A stretch of DNA of 39,371 bases from Proteromonas lacertae (lineage: Eukaryota). The position numbers and the translations under genes were made by a program. Where the stretch lies: contig NGBS01000891.1 of assembly GCA_002245135.1 (NCBI GenBank), positions 62,001 through 101,371 on the forward strand. Reading direction: 5' to 3'. Of the stretch, positions 12,547 through 26,084 are shown one piece after another (within the stretch, counting starts at the first letter, position 1; every line of letters begins with the position of its first letter). Under the pieces are notes generated by a model. That model did not search any database, was not told where the DNA came from, and worked only from the letters and a program-made list of their open reading frames with translations.

Positions 12547-12779
12547 AATATACAGAGAGTAGTATAACAATTAATAACCCCTCTAGTTTCAACATAATTG
12601 AGAATTAAATAATTCTAGGCTTGATAATATGTTTGATGATGTTTTTCTATTTTCTCTTTAAATTCCATTAATAATTACATTTTTTATATAATAAACATAC
12701 CATCACACAAGTATCAATATAACAAAATAAAATACAAAATGAATAATAAAAATAATAGCTTTTCACAAATATAAACACT

Positions 12780-13507
12780 TTACTGACTTTGTTCTTGAAT
12801 TTTTAAGTTCAATTGCTTAACTGCATCTTCTAATCTTCCTACTTTCCCTGTTAATTGTTGATTTAGTTCTGTATCTATAAAGAATATAACTCTGATTCTT
12901 ACATTTCATTTCTTCATCTAAATACAACCTATTTTGAGCTAATATAGAATCTAAATCTTCAGACATTTGGAAAGTTATCTGACCATATTCTGCTGGTAGC
13001 ACAGTTTCAATTTTGGCCAAGCCTTTTTTAATTTGATCGATTAAAGTGGTACTTTCACAAACTTTTCTTTTGTATTCATCTTTTTCCTTTTGTACATCTA
13101 TAATTTGTTTTTGTAATCTATGCATTATAGCTTCTTCTTCATATTCTAGAGTATTCTGTAGATTTATCTTTTCTTTCTGTAGATCTTCCATTTTTCTTTG
13201 AAGGCTATTCGTCAGTTTTTCTTCTTCACTTTCTGATGCTAAAATAATATTTTCTTTTTCTTGACTCAAAGTTCTTAATCTTTCCATTAGCTTCAAACTA
13301 ATAGATTCTTCTTCTGCTTCAGATGCTAGCGTCTAGATATTTTAAATAAATAACAATATAAATACCATTTGTTGTATCTTATCACGATATTTTTCTATCT
13401 CTCTTTCTAGTTGTCTATTTCGCCTTCTTTCTTCTTCTAGTTCTTTCTAAGGATATCAGGTAAATAAAGAATACTTTTAACTGAGTGATTGTCTCTTCGT
13501 TGCTCAT
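12780..13507 (-). CDS. CCDC6: CCDC6-like (DUF2046) coiled-coil protein
   Basis: ATG 13507, three short introns. Repeated signature AEEESISLKLMERLRTLSQEKE / SEEEKLTNSLQRKMEDLQKEK / LEYEEEAIMHRLQKQI matches the CCDC6 EQEEEFI(S/T)N.L.KK repeats. The final exon ends QEQSQ* (TAA 12780-12782). Confidence 0.8.
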
Positions 13508-13706
13508 TTAAAAAACAATTTCTATTTTCTTATTAAATTGATCCGTTACACATTTTTTTTCTTCTTATAATAATCTGAACTGAACAGTATTTGCTATAAC
13601 AAATGTTAGATGTGTAGAACACGTTAATATGATGAAGCAATTAAATCAACCCAGTGTATTATTAAACAAAAACAAATATAAATGATTAATTATAATCTAT
13701 ACATTA

Positions 13707-16700
13707 TTATTCACTAAACGAACATTCTGAACCAAACTTCAATGGTTCAATTTTTTCATCCATATCTTTCTTCTCTTCACTTGGTTTATGTTGAGATATT
13801 TGATCGAATTGAATCTGCTTTGCTACTTGGATCTGTGCTAAAGATGGAAGAGAATTTAAGGTATAATCATTATTTTTATATGACATTTTTCTACTCTTAG
13901 ATGTAGAAGGTCTTGAATTAGAATTACTACCATGTAAAACACTTCCATGAGATTGTCTTGGATTTGGAGATTTTGGCTTAAATGTATAATTAACATCTGA
14001 TTTATTTGTATGAATATCTTTATAACTAAATATTTTTACTGGAACAACTTGTGAAGAAGTTGCTTTATTAATTGCTGCTGCAACAGACGATCTTATTGAA
14101 AAACCAGTTGGAGATGGAGGTTGAGTTACTGTTTCTACTATTTTCTCCAAATTATCTAATACCATATTATTATTATCTTGTGATGAAGTTGTTTCACCAG
14201 AATAATTATTCTGATAGAAATCATAAAACTTTGGAATGTATATTATCACTATTTCTAACAACACTCCTGTCAATATCACTGCCATTCTAAACCACACAAT
14301 ACCAGTTTTATTATCTTTAAACACAGTAAAATCAAAAGGAACTGATATTGCTCCTAATAATAATATTGTTCCTATAGATAATGATAAAGCAATGGATTGA
14401 TTATATTCTCTTTGAATATCTCTAGATTCCCATGATATAATAACTCCATACAACAACAAGACAACAATTATTAGAATATCAACAATTCTATAATAATAAA
14501 ATCAATTTAAAAATATACTCAAAAGGTATGTTTAAGTCACATTCATACAAATATTTATGTATTGTAATATCATTTGTTGTTACATCAGTTATAATTACTC
14601 TAGTAGGAACTGCCAATTCCCATATAATATTGAATATAATATGAAGACCGCAAATCAGAAAGATAATTTGCATTAAGAATTTATTTGTAATTGTTTTCTA
14701 TATAGATTATATTATAGAAGATATATAATATACCTTTTTCAATGCTGGATTTCTAAACAATGCTTTTAATCTCCAACATTTTGTAATTAATACAGCATAC
14801 AATAACACAATTCCATTGCCAATACCCCAAGTTCTAAATCTACAAATCCAAACATTTGTAGGAACTGAAATAATAAAGAATGTAGAATAAGTTATTATCA
14901 ACAAAGCAACTACACACAGTATCAAGAAATTCAACGATGCTCTTCTTATACTTGCTCTACTTCTATTCTTTATCAAGAACAACAAAACGCCAAATAATAT
15001 TATTGTCAAAAGAACTGAACAGATAATAGTGAATATTGTCAATGCAACTGAGTATGTAAATGTTTCATAGAATGGTCCAAAATAACACACTTTATTCAGG
15101 TTAATTGGCTCAGAAAAAGATGAATTAGATGAAATAGGATAAATCAGTTGAGTCATACCTGAATCTGACATTCTGTACAAGAAAGTTGATCTAGCTAAAT
15201 AGTTATTAGTTCGTAATATTGCTTTGCCTGATGGTAATATAGCTGTATGATTCTGAATTGTCATTAACAAATGCTTAGTAGTTATTGCTGATGTTGACGA
15301 AACAATCGAATTCAATTGACTTATCATTGTTATTACATATAATATTGAACTATATACTGATTCTATTCCTTCATTCAAATACTGTTTTCCAATTAATCTC
15401 ATTACATCGTATTGAAATCCAATTGAATCTTTTGTTGATATATCTGACATATAGGAACTTACAATATAGAAGTTAGACATCTTTGTTCTTACAGCATCTG
15501 GAATATTATATACATCAATGTTATAAAAAACTTGATGGAAGAAATAATTATTAAAACTCATTGGTAAATATATTCTTATAAAATCTTTTAATTCATAACT
15601 AGCAAGAGTGTTTAAGATAAATAATCGTTTTTGTAAATATTTATTCAATATTCTTGTTATATTGTAAGATGACATTATCTTATTAGATGGATTATACAAT
15701 AATGTCATTACTGGGATATTAACACTATAATATTCAGCTAATATTGTTCTGATAGTATGTTCAGATTCTAATCCATATTCTGTATTTGAACATATTATGA
15801 AAACATTATCATAATCCGATTCTTTATGATAATCAAACAAAAATTTTGTTTTCTGATAAACAGAACTTGACATTGTTATAATATGATCATCACAAGTATT
15901 ATCATTACTTGGACCAGTATAAAACAATAACTTCTTCCATTTATTTAAATAATTCAACATAGTATCTCTACAACCTGATGATAAACATCCAATAAAACAA
16001 AATAAAGACTTATCATTCTCAATCTTACTTTGAACAGTATAATCATTCAATCTATCCAATAAATAAATTGGCGTTTTGATGTAGTAGTCTGGATATTCAT
16101 ATCTATTATTCAATCTGTTAAAATATGATTCAGCAAAAAGTGTTAACAATCTTGGAGATCCAGCATTGTCATTTTCAGATGAATATATCAATGGAACTGT
16201 TATATACTTCCTTGCTCCTCTATTTGAAACATCACACAACTCACTTTTTAAATCATCCACAATGTAATAATCAGAAGCAGAATAGTGATCTGGTATTAAA
16301 ATATCTGGAGATACTGTTCTAGGTATAAATGATCCATCAGTATCAACTTCAACTAAATATAGGTATCTTTCAACATATAAATTCTCATCCAAATTAATAT
16401 AGCCTCCGTATGAATATAATGAAATACCACTTTCTTCTTTATAAAATTGATATTGATAATCAGAATTATTAGAATACTGTAATGCATATGTAAGTAATTG
16501 TGCAACAATATAAGAAGTATCTGCTAATGTACTAATTGATACTGAATTACCAAACACATTATGAACAGTATTCTCTATTTCTTCAGTTTTAGAAGTTAAA
16601 TGAGAATATTTATCTGAAGAAAGTGAATTGAATGATGGAGTTACAACTAATAACGGACTTTTGCCATTGTACCTATTACGTTTCATTGTTGTTTCATCTA

Positions 16701-19700
16701 GATAATTTGCATATACTGTTATATTCTCATTATCTAAATAGTGATTATCTTCCAAAGCTTTAATTATCTTCTCTTCACAATTTATAAATGCAAAATATAT
16801 AATACATTTGTTAGTTGTACATTTCGCATTTATTGTCTGGAAATACCTCAATACTTCATTTTCCATATCTTTTATATTTTCACAATTAGGTATTTGAATC
16901 AGATTATCAACATTATATCCATAAGAATACATTGCATTAATCATATAATTAGAAAACTCAACTGAATATTGAGCTTCATTGCTAACCATATAAATTGGTC
17001 CAGCAAATGTTGCAGTATCCAATATAAACATTTTCTTTAACAAATTAAATGATGATCCAATTGAAATAACGTTCTTTGAGCATATAAAACCAGATGATAA
17101 GGAGAAATAATATAATATCACATCAGTTCGATTTGTTTCATGAACTAAAGAAATAAATGTATTCTTTTCTTCTAATTTCAATCCACCTATAATAATTTTT
17201 ATATCCTTTCTATTAATTAATATCTCTCTTAACACTTCTTCATATTTTTCATCATTAGATTCATAGTCAAACAAAATTGGATGTAAATATGGATATGATG
17301 GGTCATTATCCAAATAATACTGCATAAATCCATTCATTATTTCAAATAACATTCTTCCTTTTGATCCAAATTCACCAGTAAATGTAATAATCAATGCAAC
17401 AGATAGCATAGGAGTATGAAACAATACATCACCCTTTTCATGATCAATAGACCAATCACAATAGACATTACCTAATTCATATTTAACTCCTGCATAATAT
17501 GGACTTATTAACATATTATATACTCCATGAATTACATTAGCGGTTATTCCATCTCTGCTTTGATATAAGAATAGGTCATGTGTCAAGTGATGATTTGGAT
17601 TAAAATGGATATGAAATTCACTATCTTCATTATAAAAAGGATAAAACAATGTTGTATATATTTCATTTCTTAAAATATCTACATTATAAACAACTATATT
17701 CTCCAATGCTCTGATAAATATATTCACTGAACCATATAAATATAACATATCAGCTGTTATTGATATTGAATAAGGAATTCTATTCTTAATTTTTTCTTCA
17801 AATAGTTTGAAAACTAGAGCAGATTCATTGTAACTTCTTACAAAGGAAATGTTCTCTATTGAATGATTTAATGGTTTGTTTGAATTATCCACTCTCATAT
17901 CAACATAAAACACCATAAACTTTGGGTTTTGGTTTTTCATTGTTACTGCATATTCTTGTAGATCTACCACATCAATATCTGATAGAATGACTAATTTATT
18001 TTCATTACTGTATTTCCTTGCATCATTTTCAGCAAATTTGGAGTAAGAATCATTTTTACCACAAGCAACATAATCAATATCTATAAATCTCATTCTTAAT
18101 TCATTAAAAAATGATTTTAATGATAAATAATCTGTCTGTGTATATAATATATATTTTGCTGTACTTGTATCAGATTGAAGATCAAAAAATTGAGTGAAGA
18201 AACGGAATGATAGAGGAGCATAAACGCCAGCATAAAATATATTATGATTACAACTTTCACCTTCTGATGGAGATATATAAAACATAAGTTTATTACTGTC
18301 TTCAACCATTTTTATTACATTGATAGAAGAATCTTCCAAAGATGACCAATCTCCTGAGAAGAAAACAGCATATGTATTATTGTATTTAATTACTCTTTCC
18401 AAAGCAGATGGATCTTTCAGTGTCAATATATTGAATTCTATACTTCTTAAACGACGGAATGCATTTGTGTATTCTATGGATTATATAATATTCAAAAATA
18501 TATACTTTCTTCATTTATTTCGCTAATAGTCATATCCAAAATATCAACCATATTCTGAGTATTATTGTATATCAAAACAACATTTATAATTTCATATTTA
18601 TGTTTTACCATATAATTACCATTATAATAACATTTATAACCTGGATCATAATATGAATTGAAGAATTCAGGAAAAATCAATTCATTATATGATGTTTTAA
18701 TTGTGTATTCATAATTATCTTTCATGTATGCTATTTGAAATATCCAATATGCAGCTGTATTGTTTTTATAATATACACCATCAGTAACATTGAAGGAATT
18801 CTCAGCAGACATTCTAATTAGATCACTTGGAGATGGTAAAGTATTTGTTTCTTCATAAAAAGATTGTAAATGATTAAGAAACATTGATATTGTACCATAT
18901 GCAATTATCTCTCTTAATGATAATATTGTTATACCTCCATACTGAGTTAAAGCTTCATACATTTTTGATGATGTATCATTCATCATTTTATGAGCTAGAA
19001 AATAAAATTTTGATATTTTGATATTTATCTTTTCAGTATAATCATAAAATGGCGAAAAAACTGGAAAACTATCAAAATTCCAATCATTTGTATTTAATAC
19101 ATTCACAATTTCTACAAAATAATCAACTGAACATAAAAATATCAATACTCTTCTTTCTGTGTTTGGATATAAATATTTATCTATATATGAATAACCAAAA
19201 GAATCTTCCAGTTCTGTAACATTATAATTAAACGTAGTATTTAAGTTTGCTACTAATATTTCCATATATATTTTAAATGGATTATAATTGGAGTAGAATA
19301 TATGGAATCTATTGAAATGTTGATTTGCAAAGAAGTTGATTGGAGTTGTAAATATTTGATTTGATAATCCACCACCTATAATTGTATTATTCAAACATAC
19401 TTGACCTTGAAAATGACCTTGATAATACAATATTTGATCATCTGCTAAAAATTGTGATAATTCATACAAAGGCATTGATGAATTACCACCAAATATATAC
19501 TTCACTTTATTATTCATGTTTAGAGAATTCCTTATACAAGATATATACTCAGAATTACAATCATAAACATGATACATTATTCGAATATTCGATTTTGTAT
19601 GTTCATTAAAATAATCAAAAAAGGACATTTCTGCTATAGATACATAATAGCCATAATAACCTCTAACACCAGAAAAAGAGTGTAATAATAACACTTCCAC

Positions 19701-22700
19701 AACCATATAATTAGATATAAGTTGAGGCATTTCACTATATTGAAGATTCATTTGAAATGAATATGCTGATTGATAAACTATTTTGCTGGTATTTTTAATT
19801 CTATCTGCATGTATAACATATATTATTTGAGTCATAAAATTCATACTATTCATTCTCTGTGGACCAGTTGCTGTTTCTACTGTTATAGTTTTCATTGTTT
19901 TCTTCACTGTCTTTTGATCAAATGAATTTGATGATTTAACACTTTCTGTAAAGAATAAAACAGAATTAAATATGTTATTTGAATATTGTGATATTTGCTT
20001 TTCTGTAGTATTGAAGTATCTATTCATATAAGATACTAAGTTATTAAAAACTGGAGTATTTAAAAATGAGTTTGATATTTCAAATGAATAGAAATTACCA
20101 TGAAATTTAAAGTTTATTTGGTCAATTAATTCAGGAATAAAGTGACCAAAATGAATAATATCAAAATCCATTCTTACATTATTCAAACTACTCAAATAAT
20201 TGTATAAGTAATTATCATCTAATAAAGACAATATAGTTCCATGATATTCTGTAAAATGATTGGTCATTATTGTATTAATATCATCCATAATACTATCAGG
20301 ATGTACTTCAATCATTGCTATTACTACGTAGCCATATTCCTCTAACTGTTTTCTAAACATTCTTCCAGTATCTAACGCATATTCTTCATCTGTCACTAAT
20401 ATATAAATAGGATTGTATGAATGATGACTAATCCATCTACTACAAAATGGAATTAATGGTTTCATATACACATCAAATGTAAATTGATTATCTGATACTA
20501 CTGTTGTATCTTCAAACAATGGAACTATATTCATCGTAATTATTCCATCAATATCTGGAAATCTGCCTGATTTACAAGTAAAACCAAACACAAATTCTAT
20601 ATTATTATCATACAACTGCTTTTTAATACTATCCCATTCATCTTCTGATTCTTCTGAACTGATTGGTATTAATATTGGATTGATATATGTATCATTTACC
20701 AATGTTCCTTTATTATATTCCTTAATCGGATATAAAAACATAGAAATCATTAAAGATTGGTAAACATTTGAACTACTGTTACAATAGATATATCCAACTT
20801 CATATACAGCCGAGTGATTTTCATAACATCCATCTAATTCATTCTCTATTAAATTACTTTCATTATATGGCCCTTTTAATTCAGCTACAGTAACATATTC
20901 ACTATCTGCTGTTTTTCTTATAATGTAATTACCATATGATAAGACTCTATTCTTTAATAATATACTATCTCCATGAGGAAAGCTGAATGTTAATTCTTTT
21001 GTTAAATATGGTATAATATCTATGGGGTTATATGATTGAGCTACATCTGATAACTGATTAAGAAGTGAAAATGCTGAATATAATAACTCATACATAGACA
21101 AATCTAATTCTGTTCTTGATAATGATGAATATATCCATTTTTTAAATTCATCATTCTCTTTACTATCTATATCATCAGAATATGATGATATTGAATATAA
21201 ATTAGGTAAAGTATTCATATATCTAAGATTATATCTTGAAGTTAATAAAACTACATATCGACTTGACATATCGTATATCTCATTTTTCATTTCTATTAAT
21301 TCTACTTCTTCTTTTGATAAAGCTATAATTATAATACCTCCTTGTGGCATATAGTTTAATACATGAGTCAAAATTGCATAAGTAAAATATAATGGTATTC
21401 TTTTTACATCTTTCATGTCCAATATTGAATTAACTGATACTCCAATATAAGGTAAATTCTTTATACAATACTCTTTTACTCCTTCACTTACAGATATATT
21501 GCTATTATACACTACTATTACTTCATTATAACCTCTTGTATTGAAATAACTAAGAGCAGGATCTATAATTTGGTATATGTTTGCTCCAACTGTAATACTA
21601 TTAAAATATTATTATATAATTATTATACACATTATCATAACAGACTCTTTCCATACGTGTCTCTATTTTCCACAATAACATATGTGATGACATTAACAAA
21701 TTACCCAATTTCTCATTCATATCATATTCATAATTAAACACAAATATATGTGATACATTTCTATCAATCAAATCATCAAAAATATCTTCTAGATTTACAT
21801 CACCTTCAAATACTACAATACCCATTCCATTATTCTTATAATTAAATGTTTTATAACTATTAAAATTAATCATTAGTATTGACTGATAAAATATCATATA
21901 TTCTAATGATGGATATGGTTGAGTGTATCTTTGAACTGCTACATTATATCTATCAATTCTTACATAACTTCTATCACTTGAACAATCACAAGTTTTTGAT
22001 TCTGAAGGTAAATGAAGTTGATGAAAAGCCATATCATCCAGTATAATTTGTTCTATTTTACCATTCACATATATACTCAAATAGAAGTTCTTCGTAACGA
22101 AATTGTTTCTTGAAAAGTATGCTTCTCCATCAGCAAATACATCGAATTTGGATGTATATATGTAGGAATACATTTGTTTAAAATCAAATGTAGATAATCT
22201 AGATACAGTAATCCTTAAAAACAATATTGAATTATAAAAGTTGTTTAATGTAATAACTTCTGATATTGTCAAATTACTATATTTTATACCCATTTCATCT
22301 AAATATATCTTAAATTCAGAATCAGGTATATCATCATCAAAATATGGAAATGGACCTAAGAAGACGAAATTTTCATATAAATCTGGATATTGATGGAAAT
22401 ATTCAAACTTATAATCATTCATTGTAGTAATATAATATTTTGGTGGAAGCATATTCTTGTTCTTCATTACTTTCAAAAAACTTAACAACTCATCTGCATT
22501 AAAATATGTATAAATTAAACCACCATCTGGCATTTTACTAAGTATATAATCAGCTACATCTTCAGCAGTATTTTCATTACAACATTCCATTTCTCTATCA
22601 TCAATATGATCTTCTTGAATTACTTTTTTGAAATCTTTTGATAGTGAAGCAGCTTTATTCCAAAACCTATTTTTAATTATATATATTCATATATTGCTAT

Positions 22701-25525
22701 ACTTATCTTTATGATGTAATATTGTAAAAACATCACCAAATAACAGTTTTGTTTTCATGAACACTATTGGTCCATATGTTGAAGCATAATTACCAAAATA
22801 CAGCACTTGAGCTGAACAAGTAAAATCATATACATTAAATGTAACAAATATTGGAATATTATAAGTTTTTGATAATGGAATTATTGTTTCTATTTGATTA
22901 CGACTATTTAATAAAAATGAAAATAATAAAATAATACTCTTCAGTAGTATATATTGTAATGACATTATGATTCTTCAAAAAATCTTCAACTACATCATAT
23001 AATTCTTTATAATCATTGGAATAATCTTGTGATATTGCATATGGTTGAAGTAAACATGAATTAATTCCATGATATAATGAAACATAGTATACCATTGATG
23101 ATAAGTATTCTAAATACAATTTATATTTTTCACGAGGAAAAATGATTAATGTAAAACATAAACTGTATAATGATAAAATACATTCTATAGAATAATAACA
23201 ATAAAATAATTATATACGTTCTTTAGAATAGTGATATTGCCATTTAATACTATCAATTATACTTGGATAAAACTCTGTATTAAGAATAACAGTTTTACCT
23301 CCATAAACAATATTATTTACTTCAATCTTATTCATTTTTAATACATTAATATTACTGGATATATAACTATTAATGTTGTATAACATAGTTCCTGTTATTC
23401 CAACAATACTTTGATGATATAACAAAATAAACAATGATTCAAGATTATAAACGCCAACATCTTCTAATACTTTACCAATCATATCAGAAATGTAATAACT
23501 TAACACAAAATTGTTATACACTTCCATTCCTTGAAAAAATCTATCAGTCATTAGCTTTTCAAAATTATAATCTGTATATCTTGAAGCTTCTTTAAAATAA
23601 TATCCAAATACATAATGTCCATCTCTTTCATCAGGTGTTAAATACTCTACAGCCATACTATATTCTAATGTAGAAGAGAAAACTATGAACTTTTTATTAG
23701 AATTTAATGGATATAATGCTCTTAGAAATTCTATTGCTTTGAGTTGACTTGTTACTAATAAAATATTACCACCATCAGTATATTCACTTATTATATTTCT
23801 AACAACATCTTCATTTACTTCTTCAACAACATATTCACCTCTATAACTGAAATTATTGTTCCTTGCATATATTTTTGCATTTTTCAATGACTCTCTACCA
23901 TACAATGACTTATCTGATATAATAATTGGATTTCTAAATAAATTTTCATACAACATACTATCTAATAGAGTAAATAAAGTATAACCTGCAAATAGTAAGT
24001 ATTTACTGCCTTTACCACCTTCTTGAGGTGATAAATGAATACCCAATCTCTGGTAACTTTCAAATAGTGTTATTGCTTTATCTCTAGCTTCAGCTTCTGT
24101 ATCAAAATATACAAAATCACATTTGTATTTATCTAATAATAGTCTCAATTGTATTAGAAACTCATCATAATCGTTATAGGTTAAAGAATAATAAAACAAT
24201 CTGATATTACGATTCTTTAGAAATAAATTCATATTTGTCTGATATAAACTATATTGAATACCTTCTCTTAAATAGGTTGAATAGGTACTGTAATTATCAT
24301 ATACATCAAATAACAAACCAATTCTTATAACATTCGATTCTACTACAATCGTTGGGTTATTAAAAGATGTTGTATATAATGTTTGTGTTAAAGGATAATC
24401 AGTTGGCTGAACTTTAGGATCTATTGTTTCAATTTCACGAAATGTTGTTCTATTATTAGTCTTATCCAACTCTGTAATTGCAATCACTTTATACACATAT
24501 AACGACTCTAGTATTGGTATTGAACCATAATCATTTTCATATGATAAACCCAACAATATCTCTTTTACTATGGGTAAATTGAATATATATAATGAAGGAT
24601 AACTATTATAGACTTCATTCAACAGATAATGTAAATAGAATAATGATAATGAAATATCGTCTATTATAACATCAGGTAAATTATCTGATAAATCTTTTAT
24701 CATTTTATCATTACCAATCATAGGAGATACACAATATATATTGTTTAAATCAGGATTTTTAAAATAATATAAATCTCTTGTATCACAATTTCCAATATTA
24801 TAAATATTCCACTTACCTAAATTGCCCAAATCAATTACTTTGTTTATTAACTCAATATTTGAATTACTCAATTCCAATAAATTCAAAATTACATTATAAA
24901 CTCTTCTTAATGGTGGTGGATCTGTTATTGATTCAACATTTTTCAATTTATTCTGATAATCGGTTGATAATAATTCATCTGAATTAACAACTTCATATTC
25001 TATATTATACTGGTTTAATTGAGGTTCAAGGAACTTTGTATATATATATTTAGTCTTATCATCTAACCATATGTGAAATATTTTGTACACTAAACAAAAC
25101 GGCGCGATACAGGTCATATATACTGTATTAGGCTGACTTGTATAAAATAGATTTGGATAGAACATTGAGGTACGACGAGGAAATGACACAAAATAAGCAC
25201 TTTCTTTTGACATAAAATTTATTAATTCTTCAGGAATTGCTGCAAACTGAATTATTATCACAAAATCAATTCGAATTGGGTTGTTTAGGTAATTATGCAA
25301 ATCTGACAAATCAGTTTCATTGTTATACACAAAAGGATCAACCAAATAATAACTTAAATTGTTTGGATGATCCAATTTATTGAATACATCATACATTTCA
25401 TTTTTTCTTATTTCTATGTATTTTTCACCTTCTTCTCCTATAGTAGGTATAATGATCTCACCTATTTTTAATTCTTCTAGTGATTCAACGAAATATATAA
25501 CACATAATAATATCAAAAACTTCAT
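13707..25525 (-). CDS. Giant class C (GABA-B-like) G-protein-coupled receptor, ~3,861 aa: signal peptide, nine tandem UrtA/AmiC-like periplasmic-binding (Venus flytrap) domains, 7TM domain, Ser-rich cytoplasmic tail
   Basis: Signal peptide MKFLILLCVIYFVES. Seven GT..AG introns (23185-23217, 22904-22937, 22667-22702, 21598-21628, 18474-18505, 14698-14733, 14488-14518; 233 nt in total) join all ORFs from 25525 to 13707 into one 11,586-nt frame. The 7TM region has class C hallmarks: KNRSRASIRRASLNFLIL, ICRFRTW..GIVLLYAVLITKCWRLKALFRN, YECD, LLYGVIISWESRDIQREYNQS..SLSI, IYIPKF. Confidence 0.9.
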
Positions 25526-26084
25526 TGATATAGCAAATATATATCCCTAAGGCAATATATGAAAAATAACTGAAATGAGTTTTGTAATTGACATAAATTT
25601 ACACATTATATGTAATTATTATTATTCAGAAAATCTCACTCAAAAAGTATTTTTTAAACGGTAATGATATTGACTTGTAATGGGGACTGTAAGGTAAATT
25701 CAACAATTCCTGATGAACTGAAGTAAGTTATCTTCATGGAGATAATCACGGGATTTGCAAAGTTACTTCTCAGAGTTGTAGTGATCTGGGTTATTTATTC
25801 AAACTTATAATTTTTGAAGATGAAATTCTGAAGTATAAATAGAATTATGAAAGTATAAAACCTAAAAATTATAAATAGCAGAAGAAACTAGTATTTTTCA
25901 GTAATTCAGATAAAATGAGAACCAAAAAACTATCTGATAGAAAAACATTGATTAAATTGGGACTAGCAATAGATGAATTAAAAAAGTATATGTATGAAGA
26001 TATTACAAATGCTAGTTAATTGTGAATTAAAATAGTTTTTAATATAAAATTACTGCAAATTTCAGTCAAGACTGAACTATCGGT

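Noticed and set aside
14072..24987. Short ORFs overlapping the GPCR (e.g. 14072, 15285, 16125, 16741, 18117, 18320, 19382, 24778)
   Set aside because: They are antisense or off-frame within a long, well-supported gene and have no motifs.
13707..25525. Reading the ORFs as a bacterial-style operon of separate periplasmic binding proteins
   Set aside because: Each gap holds a phase-compatible 31-36 nt GT..AG intron, breaks fall inside domains, only the first ORF has a signal peptide, and no permease or ATPase genes are present.
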